From Candidatus Kerfeldbacteria bacterium (lineage in GTDB: Bacteria; Patescibacteriota; Patescibacteriia; SBBC01; CAIJZX01): a stretch of DNA of 64,000 bases. Positions 9,766 through 18,812 of this stretch are shown piece by piece. The translations under genes were made by a program, and so were the position numbers. The stretch covers positions 599,478 to 663,477 of the forward strand of contig JACPSJ010000001.1 in assembly GCA_016193315.1 (NCBI GenBank), given 5' to 3'. The stretch's first letter is position 1. Each line of letters begins with the position of its first letter. The notes beneath the pieces are model-generated. The model ran no database searches. It saw only the letters and a list, made by a program, of their open reading frames with translations, and was not told the origin of the DNA.

Positions 9766-10424
9766 TTCTTCGCTACAATGTACGTCGAGAACCCAAAGAG
9801 CAAAGAAGCTGAGTAAATTCCGATTGGTATGCGTGGTCGGCCGGTGACTGGGATTAGGACATCAAAAATCAGTCCGGAGAGGACGGCCGCGATCAGCGCG
9901 ACCATGAACACTTTGATACTTCCCCACTGTGGACTCTGCACATACCGGAACTTCGTTACCAAATTCGCCAGCGACCATACCACGTAAACACTCACGAAGA
10001 TGGGAAAGACCCAAAAGAGCGGGCCATGAATTTCGTGCCAAAAACCATCGGCGAGAACAACATTTCGAATAAAACTTGGGTTGAAGAGTACGAGGGGAAG
10101 GAAAAATACAATTGGCAGTAGCAAGTACCACCTATCGTTTTTCGGGATTCGCTGTGAAGGAATCGGGAAGTACCAGGTGAAAAGCAACAAAAAAGAAAAC
10201 GTTGCAGCCCCGGCAAGGTATCCTAAGCGGGTCAAGAACAGGACGACTGGCGACTCTAAGTTCAGAAACAACGACCCCTGAATGATGGCGATGGCCGATA
10301 AGGCTGACAGAAATCCGGCATAATAGGTTATTGAAGGACTACGCTGGTAGCGCTGCACCATCCAGCCCGATAAAGAAAGCAGGCTGGCGGCCAGGATGAA
10401 CAGCGTGATCGTCCAAAGGTTCAT
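9762..10424 (-). CDS. Stand-alone 7TM sensor-like protein (copy 1)
   Basis: About 7 TM helices; YQRS, YFPIP, HGPLF, FDVLIP and YIVAKK motifs. Confidence 0.75.
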   Translation of the reverse strand: MNLWTITLFILAASLLSLSGWMVQRYQRSPSITYYAGFLSALSAIAIIQGSLFLNLESPVVLFLTRLGYLAGAATFSFLLLFTWYFPIPSQRIPKNDRWYLLLPIVFFLPLVLFNPSFIRNVVLADGFWHEIHGPLFWVFPIFVSVYVVWSLANLVTKFRYVQSPQWGSIKVFMVALIAAVLSGLIFDVLIPVTGRPRIPIGIYSASLLFGFSTYIVAKK

Positions 10425-10594
10425 GTCCGGAAAACAAGAAACAGCCCTGGCCGTTTGGGGGGCTGTGTTAGTATCCGTCGATCAGCGATGGCACTGAGCG
10501 CCAAAAAAATATTCATCGGCGGTAAGAAAAATGCGACGTGAATATAGCAAAAATCGGCCGAAAATGCAAGTGCGGTGTGAGCTTTGTCTCGAAC

Positions 10595-11857
10595 CTAGTT
10601 TAGCGGGTTTTCGAGCGCTGGTTCGCCGTTGACCTCGAGACTGACAAACCCAAACAGGGTGTCGCCGACTTTCAATGGTGAAGCACTGGCCGCGGAAGCA
10701 TTGACCGACCCACTATTTCCGCTCCCGAAATGCTGATCGTAGATTACCCGGTTTCTCTTTGTGATGATATCCCAAAGCTCGAGCCGTTCGGAATTGTAAC
10801 CTCCGTCGGAGTAAGGATAACTCATCACCGCATACCGGCCATCCTGTGATACGGCCTTTAGTTCACCTTTATCGAAAAGGGTCCGAGTTGTGTGGGTCAA
10901 GAAATCGCGATACTGTAATCCCTGATTGTAGCCTCGGCTAAAGAAGAAGCCTTGTCGATTGACAGGAAACCCGGATGGTGCGCCCGCAAACCGATCGATC
11001 GTCCTCACGATGCGTGTACGATAGTTGAACTCGACGTAGCCATTGGATTGGTTCGAACTGAAATTCCATTCAAATGCGAAGACCGTGTCCCGGTCAATCT
11101 GGTCAATGACTTGGTAGTTCGGCCCGTTAGAGGTTCCGTTCGTGTTCAAGTTGGTATAGACCAATTCCGCCACACCACTTTCTAAATCCGCAAGGTAGAA
11201 ATACTGCCCCGAGCGTTCCTGGGTGCCTTCCACGTCGATCAGCAGCTGGGTTGGCGTCAAGAAAGAAAGCAGAGCCTGATACCCGCCAAGTTCCGGATTC
11301 TTCAGGTTTTCCTTGTTGAAAGTATGCACCTTCCCGGTTTGGTAATCATAGACATTAACGACAAAGTCGGTGGGGCACGGACCATCCTCAACGGATTCAG
11401 TGCAGATAACGGCTGACTGAGCAAAGAAACGATCATCCGGGCTCATGATGGCTGAACCAGGGTAGATCGCATTCGGAATGATCGGCGGATTCGTTACCAC
11501 TTCGTCTCCGTTTGGGAGTACCCCAATCACCAGCGCCCCCAGGCCCGGTGACGAAAAGTTCGCCGACCCTGGCCCGAAGTTGTGGGTTCGAGTGAAGCGG
11601 TATCGATCCGGCTCGATGGGGGCCGGTAAGTATGTATTCCCCTTGGCTGGGCCAATTGCTTTCGGCCGACCATCGAACCCTGGTATGCGAAACAGTTGGA
11701 ACGACCCCCGCGGTGTACCATCGAACTGCTCCACCGTGCCTTTCGTGTAGTACAAGACCGGCACCGAAACTGGATTGGTCGGGGCCGACGACCGATCAAA
11801 CCAAAGCAAGCCCACCAAAGTGGCCGCGGCGAGGAAGATGGTGAGGTGCCATTTCAT
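10595..11857 (-). CDS. Exported protein, probable beta-propeller
   Basis: N-terminal hydrophobic segment; SPDDRF and SQDGRY blade-like motifs. Confidence 0.55.
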   Translation of the reverse strand: MKWHLTIFLAAATLVGLLWFDRSSAPTNPVSVPVLYYTKGTVEQFDGTPRGSFQLFRIPGFDGRPKAIGPAKGNTYLPAPIEPDRYRFTRTHNFGPGSANFSSPGLGALVIGVLPNGDEVVTNPPIIPNAIYPGSAIMSPDDRFFAQSAVICTESVEDGPCPTDFVVNVYDYQTGKVHTFNKENLKNPELGGYQALLSFLTPTQLLIDVEGTQERSGQYFYLADLESGVAELVYTNLNTNGTSNGPNYQVIDQIDRDTVFAFEWNFSSNQSNGYVEFNYRTRIVRTIDRFAGAPSGFPVNRQGFFFSRGYNQGLQYRDFLTHTTRTLFDKGELKAVSQDGRYAVMSYPYSDGGYNSERLELWDIITKRNRVIYDQHFGSGNSGSVNASAASASPLKVGDTLFGFVSLEVNGEPALENPLN

Positions 11858-11877
11858 CCTTCGGCGATCACTATCCT

Positions 11878-12405
11878 CTAGTTGGTGAAGGTTAGCTGGC
11901 TGCGCCCTTGCTCATACTGCGGCTGCGCAGCGCCGCCCGGATTGCTGACGCGAAACTCGTATAGGAAGCCTCTCTCCAGCACGTAGGTTCGGACTGACTC
12001 GATATCGACGCTTCCGACAATCCGCAACGCCTCACGACCATTGATCATCATCGCCCGCTCCTCAATCGGACTTTCGGCTGGTGACTTCTTGGCTTTCGCT
12101 TGCGCGTCTAGTGAGGTCCCGTCGGAACGAAAGACCTGAAGGTAGATGCCACCTTCCGGTGCGTTTCCATAGCCGGCACCCACCGCCCCTCTGTCGAAGA
12201 CGCCGGACATGGTCGGTCTTCCCAGCGACCCAAGTTGCGGGACGGGGTAGTTCACTGCTGGCTGGTTGGTGTTGGAATTCCGAAACGTCGTATTGGTATT
12301 CGTGGACGACGTTGAGTTTGATTGGGCGGTCTGCCAGAGGTAGGCACCAAGGCTAAGAAGCACGACCAGCCCGATGGCGGTGGAAATGGCTGATGAGACT
12401 CTCAT
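11878..12405 (-). CDS. Membrane-anchored hypothetical protein with Asn/Thr-rich linker
   Basis: N-terminal TM followed by STNTNTTFRNSNTNQ. Confidence 0.6.
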   Translation of the reverse strand: MRVSSAISTAIGLVVLLSLGAYLWQTAQSNSTSSTNTNTTFRNSNTNQPAVNYPVPQLGSLGRPTMSGVFDRGAVGAGYGNAPEGGIYLQVFRSDGTSLDAQAKAKKSPAESPIEERAMMINGREALRIVGSVDIESVRTYVLERGFLYEFRVSNPGGAAQPQYEQGRSQLTFTN

Positions 12406-12441
12406 GAACCATACTTAGAGAACTCCAACCAATGCTTTGAA

Positions 12442-13131
12442 CTACCCTTCCAACATTGTTCTCACCATTGCGTCAAAGGTAGACCGGATGGTGGTCAATT
12501 CCTCCCCGGACGCACTATTGTATCCCCGGCCGTCCAACGAATACTCTTGGCCGTCGGGATAGGTGACCTTGCAGACTCGATCGTATTTCGTGTTGTAGCA
12601 GGTTAGTTTCCGACCCGACACTTCACCCACGATTTCATCAGATTCGACCTGCAAGTCCGGCGCAACCTGCTCGCGAAAATCAAACGTGTATGCCGGTTCG
12701 ATCGGCGCCGTCTGGGGATCGGGTGGGATACGTTGTACCACGAAGGCGGGTGCGTCCTGGCTTCCTTCGCATGGCTCATCTTCAAGCAAGTAAGCCGTTT
12801 CAGTTCCGACCGTAGAGGCGCACGCCGCATAGGCTGGATTGTATCTGAAGCAAACCGTGTCGGCCAGGCAGTGCTCAGGCCAGCTCGACGTCTGGGGCTG
12901 TCCGAAAGCGGTGGAATACTGAACTTGGCGCCCCGTCATCGTAACCGCCGAGACAAGATCGGTCCGTCCGGTTGTATTGGCGTTAGCGATGTCAAGCGGA
13001 GCATTTGTGTTTGCGCTATTGGTGTTTTGTGAGTTCGTTCCCTGCGGCCAGGCAACGGTCCAGAGATAGCCGCCAACACCAACGGCCACCACCACGCCGA
13101 GGGTTATTAGTAATGTTTGAGACGTCTTCAT
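12442..13131 (-). CDS. Membrane-anchored hypothetical protein with Asn/Thr linker and several Cys
   Basis: N-terminal TM, TNSQNTNSANTN linker, six Cys. Confidence 0.6.
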   Translation of the reverse strand: MKTSQTLLITLGVVVAVGVGGYLWTVAWPQGTNSQNTNSANTNAPLDIANANTTGRTDLVSAVTMTGRQVQYSTAFGQPQTSSWPEHCLADTVCFRYNPAYAACASTVGTETAYLLEDEPCEGSQDAPAFVVQRIPPDPQTAPIEPAYTFDFREQVAPDLQVESDEIVGEVSGRKLTCYNTKYDRVCKVTYPDGQEYSLDGRGYNSASGEELTTIRSTFDAMVRTMLEG

Positions 13132-13178
13132 AGGACTATGCGTTAGTGACTTAGTATAGCATCTGCAAGGCAGTAGAG

Positions 13179-13214
13179 AAAAAGGGGGTACTCCGAGGAA
13201 GTCTCGTTTCCCCC
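13179..13214 (-). terminator. Probable intrinsic terminator after CHAP gene 1
   Basis: On the minus strand a GGGGG...CCCCC-closed hairpin is followed by TTTTT. Confidence 0.45.
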
Positions 13215-13243
13215 GCCCACGTGAGAATGGTGACCAACGCTGA

Positions 13244-14092
13244 CTACTGGTAGGCGAGATCCAGAGCGATGTAGTTGTCCAGGTCGCCGTAACCGGATCC
13301 AGACGTACTCACCAAGTGACGTCCGATGATTTCGTTGTGCGCCCCCCCAACGAAGTTGCTGTCGACGACTTCCACAGCCACCACTCGGCCCTGTGCATCC
13401 CACGTCACGATGTGGACCACAATTGCTGTGTGACCGTCCTTGACTTTTGACTGGATCACATCTCCGACTTGGACTTGCGACACTGGTTTTGTCATCTCGC
13501 GCCGACCACTGTTGTAGTCGTCGATGTACTTCTGGTAAGGATACAACATCCGTGGGTTACTGGGTGGGCCGCCGTAGAAAGTCTAACTCCGGTAGAGAAT
13601 CAGGTTCGCGAAGTAACGACATTGCCCACCTCTGCCGTAGAACGTCGCCAACTCCCCGTACGGACCGGACCTGGTCCATTTCTCCTTCATGTGGGTGTAG
13701 TAGCCCATGTTGGAGAAGAAGCTGGGGAATCGATCATCCGTCCAGAGTGATGAGTTGTCGCCGTAATGGTTCTTCAGCTTCGTGTACGCGGCGACATCGC
13801 TGAGCAAATACTTCCAGTCACTGACGTAGTTGCCGCCTATCTTGTTCCGCGACGAACCCGAAGCGGTATTACTCAGCGCGTAGAAGCACTCCAGTTGGAT
13901 GGCTTTCCTAGAGTCAGTAGCTAGTCGCTCCGGTACCGCCCTAGGCTTCCTGAACCCACTGGATGAATCCGGCCACACCACCGGAGCCAGCAGACGTTCT
14001 CGGCTCCGACTGCAGCTGTCCAGTAGGGCTGGACTGACAACCAGATACGCGGCGCAGGCCAGCCGCACGAACTGCCGTCGATTCAGACTCAT
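13244..14092 (-). pseudogene. Tat-signal lipoprotein-like CHAP amidase interrupted by an in-frame TAG (13583-13585)
   Basis: MSLNRRQFV and LDSC at the N-terminus, GQC before the stop, GHTAIV and VVDSN after it. Both ORFs are in one frame (LYRS*TFYGGPPSNPRMLYP). Confidence 0.7.
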
Positions 14093-14344
14093 GGCACAAC
14101 TCCTTTCTTGGTTACGGCTGGATGCCCAAACGTGTGTGGACAGAATGCCGCGGTAGATGCTGCAGTATTTGATCACCTCTCGGTTGTAAGGAGCTGGCGA
14201 ACCGGTTGTCTCGATATGAGACAACGCAAAACCAGGCCTTGGGCCAATGGTTCTCACCAGCATGGCGAACGAAAAAACCGGAGGCCCAACTCTGAAGCTG
14301 CTCCGTAGGGAGAACTTCAGAACCAAGCCACCGGTTCTGACTGA
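14093..14344 (-). ncRNA. Candidate structured 5' leader, copy 1
   Basis: Homologous to 17075-17361, with conserved stems and variable loops. Confidence 0.5.
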
Positions 14345-14372
14345 AGTGTAGTCCTGCCTATCTGAACGTCAA
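14345..14372 (-). promoter_or_regulatory. Sigma70-type promoter TTGACG-N16-TACACT
   Basis: Same position and spacing as the promoter of the paralogous locus. Confidence 0.55.
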
Positions 14373-14494
14373 GTGGACAAGTGGATATCCTAACGCAAAC
14401 GCTTGACCCGAATAAACAAATATGTTATTTTTCTGGGTTCTTTGAAGTCTGTCTACTCGCTCGTAACTTACAACCCAAACTGGAGAGGTGATCC

Positions 14495-15433
14495 TTGAGA
14501 AAGGGTTTCAAGCATCGAACACCACACGAGCAACCACGCAAAGCGCGAAAAGATTCGGTGTGGTTACGGAGATGGAAGATGTTCGCCGCCTTCGTCATCG
14601 TCGGCACCCTCGGAGGTTGGTTTGTCATGCAGATTATCGGGATACAACCGAACGTTGTGCTAGAGTCGGGTCGGCCGGCTGGTCAGGTTCCAGACCTTAC
14701 CCTCAAGACTGAAGACCTCGATGTCTTCGCGGGCCACCCGATTCTTGGGCCATTAGCGGCCAAGGTTAAGAAACATCTCGGCGAGTACGACAGTACTCGA
14801 ACGGAAACAATCCGCCATTCCGATCCTCCATTGCGAATCGACGTACTACTTCAGTATCACGAGTACCTGCGCGTCGGTCCGGATGGCAACCCGATGGAAA
14901 TGGACCTTGGCGAAAAAGAAAAGGTCAAACGCTGTCAGGCCAAAGTTCACCAGGTTCTTGAGGCGCTACACCCGGACATGGTGGGCTGGGAAGGCTCCGA
15001 TGTACCGAATGTTACGTTCGAGAACCTAGCGCGTCAGACGTACCAACAAGCCCGCGAACAAGGACAATCGGTCAGCTTCATCGCCATCCGAATGGCGCTC
15101 GAAGTGGGTGTCGAATACGACGGCACCTTGCAGTATCTGAAAGCCCATCCTGACGCCCGGGTTTACGGATACGAGGACCGGGCCTTGAACGAGTTCCAGG
15201 ATACTCTGCTGGGCTTACTCGAGAGTCCGTTTGGTGACCAAAGTTGGGGACACATCAATCAAAGACTTGGGCCAACCCGAGGCACGGTGAATCTCTGTCG
15301 GTTTATCAACCAGATGCGTGTCGAAAAGCTCCGGCACGGCGCCTTCGTCATCGGTTACATGCATGAGCCGGAAATTCTACAAAGTCTCAAGGCGCTCGGG
15401 ACTGAAACCCGAATCTACAACCTTACTCATTAA
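14495..15433 (+). CDS. Hypothetical membrane-anchored protein
   Basis: 312-aa ORF with one N-terminal TM, followed by a hairpin and T-run at about 15434-15464. Confidence 0.6.
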   Translation: MRKGFKHRTPHEQPRKARKDSVWLRRWKMFAAFVIVGTLGGWFVMQIIGIQPNVVLESGRPAGQVPDLTLKTEDLDVFAGHPILGPLAAKVKKHLGEYDSTRTETIRHSDPPLRIDVLLQYHEYLRVGPDGNPMEMDLGEKEKVKRCQAKVHQVLEALHPDMVGWEGSDVPNVTFENLARQTYQQAREQGQSVSFIAIRMALEVGVEYDGTLQYLKAHPDARVYGYEDRALNEFQDTLLGLLESPFGDQSWGHINQRLGPTRGTVNLCRFINQMRVEKLRHGAFVIGYMHEPEILQSLKALGTETRIYNLTH

Positions 15434-15600
15434 CCGTTGCCCGGGGAAGCAGCGGCTCTTTTTTATACGAGGAAGATCGCGCCTCTCCTCTGGTAACAGT
15501 TGGCTACCGGGATATATGCTCACAGTGTTTTACTACTCGATCGCATGGGGCTGAAAATGCCTCAGTTTATGGATATTGGCTCGCCTATGCGTTCGGTGCA

Positions 15601-16152
15601 TCACTGCAGCTGGGCCGAGAGAATAATCTTTTCCAACACCGTCATGACCTCAGGTAAACCTTCAGTGTACATAACCTGCACCGACGACTGATGTTCGGAA
15701 AACCAATACGTATAGTTCAGATCGAAGTTCGTTGTGACTTCAAGATACCGCCATTCCTGCCCATGAATAACCTCGGTTCCTTCCCGAACGACTCGCATGC
15801 CGGGTGCCAAACTGGTTTTCTCCATATTGACAAGGTTCGCGGCGGTATCGCCCGGCTGTGTAAAGGTAATATGCGGGCTGTCGGTCGCTTGGACTGGAAA
15901 CGTCCAGGTAACTCCTCCTTCGCCGACTGACTTCATCATGTTTACGGGCATGGCGAACGTAAAACCGCCAAAGGAATAACTTTCCGTTTGACGCGCCGCA
16001 GCTACGACGGAATCCCAATTTTGTCCGGACTGAGATACGTTGGCGTTCTGATTACCATTCGTATTTTGATCGCGGCGCCAGCTCGAGATCGCAAAAAACG
16101 AAACTAAGCCAACGACGATAACCGAAATGATGACAATGATGAAGTTTTTCAT
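15601..16152 (-). CDS. Membrane-anchored hypothetical protein with Asn/Gln linker
   Basis: MKNFII TM helix followed by NTNGNQNANVSQ. Confidence 0.6.
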   Translation of the reverse strand: MKNFIIVIISVIVVGLVSFFAISSWRRDQNTNGNQNANVSQSGQNWDSVVAAARQTESYSFGGFTFAMPVNMMKSVGEGGVTWTFPVQATDSPHITFTQPGDTAANLVNMEKTSLAPGMRVVREGTEVIHGQEWRYLEVTTNFDLNYTYWFSEHQSSVQVMYTEGLPEVMTVLEKIILSAQLQ

Positions 16153-16240
16153 AGATGAGTAACTTGTATAAATAGTAGGATGGAAAAATTCGGGAGGAAC
16201 AGAGTTATCATACACTGCTCCTCCCGTTGTAAGAAGAGGT

Positions 16241-17074
16241 TCAGTACCACCGGCCCTGACCGGAAAACATTTTCCAGGTGTTACCGATGGCGGTACCGCT
16301 GACGTTGTGGCGGCCGATCATCTCGTAGCCGAGATAGTTTGAATCGACCACGGTGATTCCACTTCCGTAGTTCCGGACACAAACCGCCACGTGCTGGCGA
16401 CGCCTACCGGATCCGTCGACGTAGTTGTAGAAGACCAGGTCGCAGGGTTGGGCGTTGATCGCCGGCGGGAAGGAATACTTGGACGGATCCTTCGAGCCCC
16501 AGTTCCAGGACAGCCTGTACATCCCGGCGGTCGCCCGGTAAATATCCATAGCTACGTACGAAACGCACTGGCATCCGCGGCCGATCCCACTCCGAACACC
16601 GTATGGGTCGGCACTGAGGTAACTCACCCAGTACTCGATCGTATTCTGCGGGTACGGCATGAGATTGGGCGTCGTAATCGCGCAGCAACCACAGACAGGC
16701 GGGATGTCATTCGACACACATGTCTGGTAGGTGTTAAGTGCGAATCGAAGACCGTTCCCGTTCGCATCAGCGATCTTGGACAACCAGTTCCAATTCGACT
16801 TCGTCCCGTCTCCTCCGGGCCCGTTCGGATCGTCCCCTTTGCGTAGCCAATCGCGGTTGATCGAATACCAGCACTCGTTGCGGACCCGGTAACGGCTGGA
16901 TCCGATCGACAAGGGGGATGCCCCCGGCTTTCTGATCCCGCCCGGGCCTGACGGCTCCAGGTCGGTCCCGATCAGCCGCTCCGCAACGCGACCGCAGTTT
17001 TCCAAGGCGCCGGCAAGCGACACCACGGCTGCCGTCCCGGCCAGCCGCACGAACTGCCGTCGATTCAGACTCAT
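16241..17074 (-). CDS. Tat-signal lipoprotein-like CHAP-domain amidase
   Basis: MSLNRRQFV, LENC, CQCVSY, HVAVC and VVDSN motifs; AAAGGAG RBS. Confidence 0.7.
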   Translation of the reverse strand: MSLNRRQFVRLAGTAAVVSLAGALENCGRVAERLIGTDLEPSGPGGIRKPGASPLSIGSSRYRVRNECWYSINRDWLRKGDDPNGPGGDGTKSNWNWLSKIADANGNGLRFALNTYQTCVSNDIPPVCGCCAITTPNLMPYPQNTIEYWVSYLSADPYGVRSGIGRGCQCVSYVAMDIYRATAGMYRLSWNWGSKDPSKYSFPPAINAQPCDLVFYNYVDGSGRRRQHVAVCVRNYGSGITVVDSNYLGYEMIGRHNVSGTAIGNTWKMFSGQGRWY

Positions 17075-17361
17075 GGCACAACTCCTTTCTGTGGTTGCGG
17101 CTGGTTGCCCCTTGGATAGTGGACACGATGCCGCGGAGGTCGAACTGCCGTTTTTGACACCTTCCCATGTTGTAAGGTGCTGGCGAACCCGTTGCCTCCG
17201 TTCGAGACAACACAAAGCAAGCCTGACGCGTGGTTGGATTTGCCCAAACCACGCCCCGTTGGGCAAACGGTCCTCACCAGCATGGCGAACGCAAAAACCG
17301 GAGGCCCGACGCTGAAGTCCCTTGTGGAGAACTTCAGAACCAAGCCACCGGTTCTGAAGTT
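17075..17361 (-). ncRNA. Candidate structured 5' leader, copy 2
   Basis: Homologous to 14093-14344, with an extra self-complementary insert. Confidence 0.5.
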
Positions 17362-17389
17362 ATTGTAAACCTATGTGTGAGCCGGTCAA
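17362..17389 (-). promoter_or_regulatory. Sigma70-type promoter TTGACC-N16-TACAAT
   Basis: Near-consensus hexamers directly upstream of the conserved leader. Confidence 0.6.
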
Positions 17390-17476
17390 GTGGAAAACCC
17401 AGCTGGTGACGACTTTTACAGGTGCGCGGCCACCCGCCCGGGCGGGTGGCCGCGCCAGAGCCATCCACAGCGCACC

Positions 17477-18016
17477 TTACATCGAACTCCGAATCGCCGA
17501 CTCGATGGCGGTCAGCGGCTGGGACTGACCACTTTCGGATTGGCGGGCGGTGACTGTGCCGTTCGCCGTTTCCAGGTGAAATTTTCCTTGAAACTCACCA
17601 ACGGTCCGATACTCGTTGTCCCAACCGGACTGGGCCTTCAGGAACATCATCACCCGTTCGCCTACGGCGTACTGCGGCTGGTCTTCCACGTCGACGACGG
17701 TCAGTCCGAATTGGCCGCCCATGGCACGGACGACTATCGGCTTGGTGGTCGATCCTTTGTACCAGCGGTCTGGCTTGATCAACCAGCGGGTGAAAACCAT
17801 GTCGTCTCCGGCCGGACCGAGGCCACGGACGGAGTTAAGCTGTTTTTCCACCACGCCACTGAGGACTGCTTCGGCTTCCTTGGCCATGATCGGAACGTCG
17901 ACCTGTTTGACCAACGGATGATAGGTTGTCACGCCGGCGTGCGGCAATTCGAAAGTCAGGAAGGCGGCGATCACCGCCACCGCCGCCAGTAAGTTCCACC
18001 GTTGTCCTTTGGCCAT
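17477..18016 (-). CDS. Exported hypothetical protein
   Basis: Signal-like N-terminus; directly downstream of the matrixin gene. Confidence 0.55.
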   Translation of the reverse strand: MAKGQRWNLLAAVAVIAAFLTFELPHAGVTTYHPLVKQVDVPIMAKEAEAVLSGVVEKQLNSVRGLGPAGDDMVFTRWLIKPDRWYKGSTTKPIVVRAMGGQFGLTVVDVEDQPQYAVGERVMMFLKAQSGWDNEYRTVGEFQGKFHLETANGTVTARQSESGQSQPLTAIESAIRSSM

Positions 18017-18026
18017 GGTTGGGTGA

Positions 18027-18567
18027 TTAGCGTGCGCCATAGATGTAGCGAGTACCATTAATATCGTCAGCTGCCAAGTTCTTGACGGTGTTGTGCGGGA
18101 TGGCGTAGTACATGACCGCCGCTTGCACCTGAGAATGGTCTAAACGGAGCCAGTGCCCGTATTCATGTCGCCGCACCGTTCGCAGGTCGTGCCATGCCCC
18201 GCTGGTGTAGGGCGGATTGAAGTTATGGAAGTTATTGACGTAGATCTCGGCTTTGACGATATCGCCGCTGAACACATACCGGCGATACGTCTTAGCGTAA
18301 GCCAGAACATCGGACTGCTCATAGTAGTAGCCCATCTTGTTCGCCGATCCATCCTGGCTGTAGAAGTTGAACTGCGCGCCGGCGTTGTTCCAACTCCCGA
18401 TGGCGTCGCTGGCCGACGTCCGCCAGGCGTTGATCAGCAATCCGGAAGTGTTGGCGCCAACCTTCGGAAAACTCCCGCCCCACCGGTAACCGGCGTACTT
18501 GTAAGCCTGAACCGGCTGCCAGGGGAACGCCAAAAACAATGGCCAGGACGATCAAGGTAACTATCAA
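18027..18567 (-). CDS. Matrixin (M10)-like zinc metallopeptidase, signal peptide possibly frameshifted
   Basis: HEYGHWLRLDH and AVMY Met-turn. The hydrophobic leader LIVTLIVLAI is in a different frame from FLAFPWQPVQA. Confidence 0.65.
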
Positions 18568-18812
18568 TCTCGTACTTGCGTCTCCTAACTAGCCGCTAGC
18601 CTGTCTTCGACCAAACAAAAACCGGCGGCCGAATGAACCGCGTTCTACGCGGCGCCAAGCCTCCGTGTCTAGATTTAGCGTACGCCTTCCACCCCGCTCG
18701 TCAACAATACTTATCCCCCGCCGTCGCCCCTCGGCAAGCTCGGGACAGGCGACGGCGCTCCGGACAGACTTGGTCTCTAAGAACCGGCTCGAAATATGGT
18801 ACAATTCTGCCA

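Noticed and set aside
13583-13585. Genetic-code reassignment explaining the in-frame stop
   Set aside because: TAG and TGA both terminate well-conserved genes in this window.
14093-14326. Long N-terminal extensions of the CHAP ORFs (also 17075-17266)
   Set aside because: The RBS and signal peptide begin at MSLNRR, and the open frames differ between the two leader copies.
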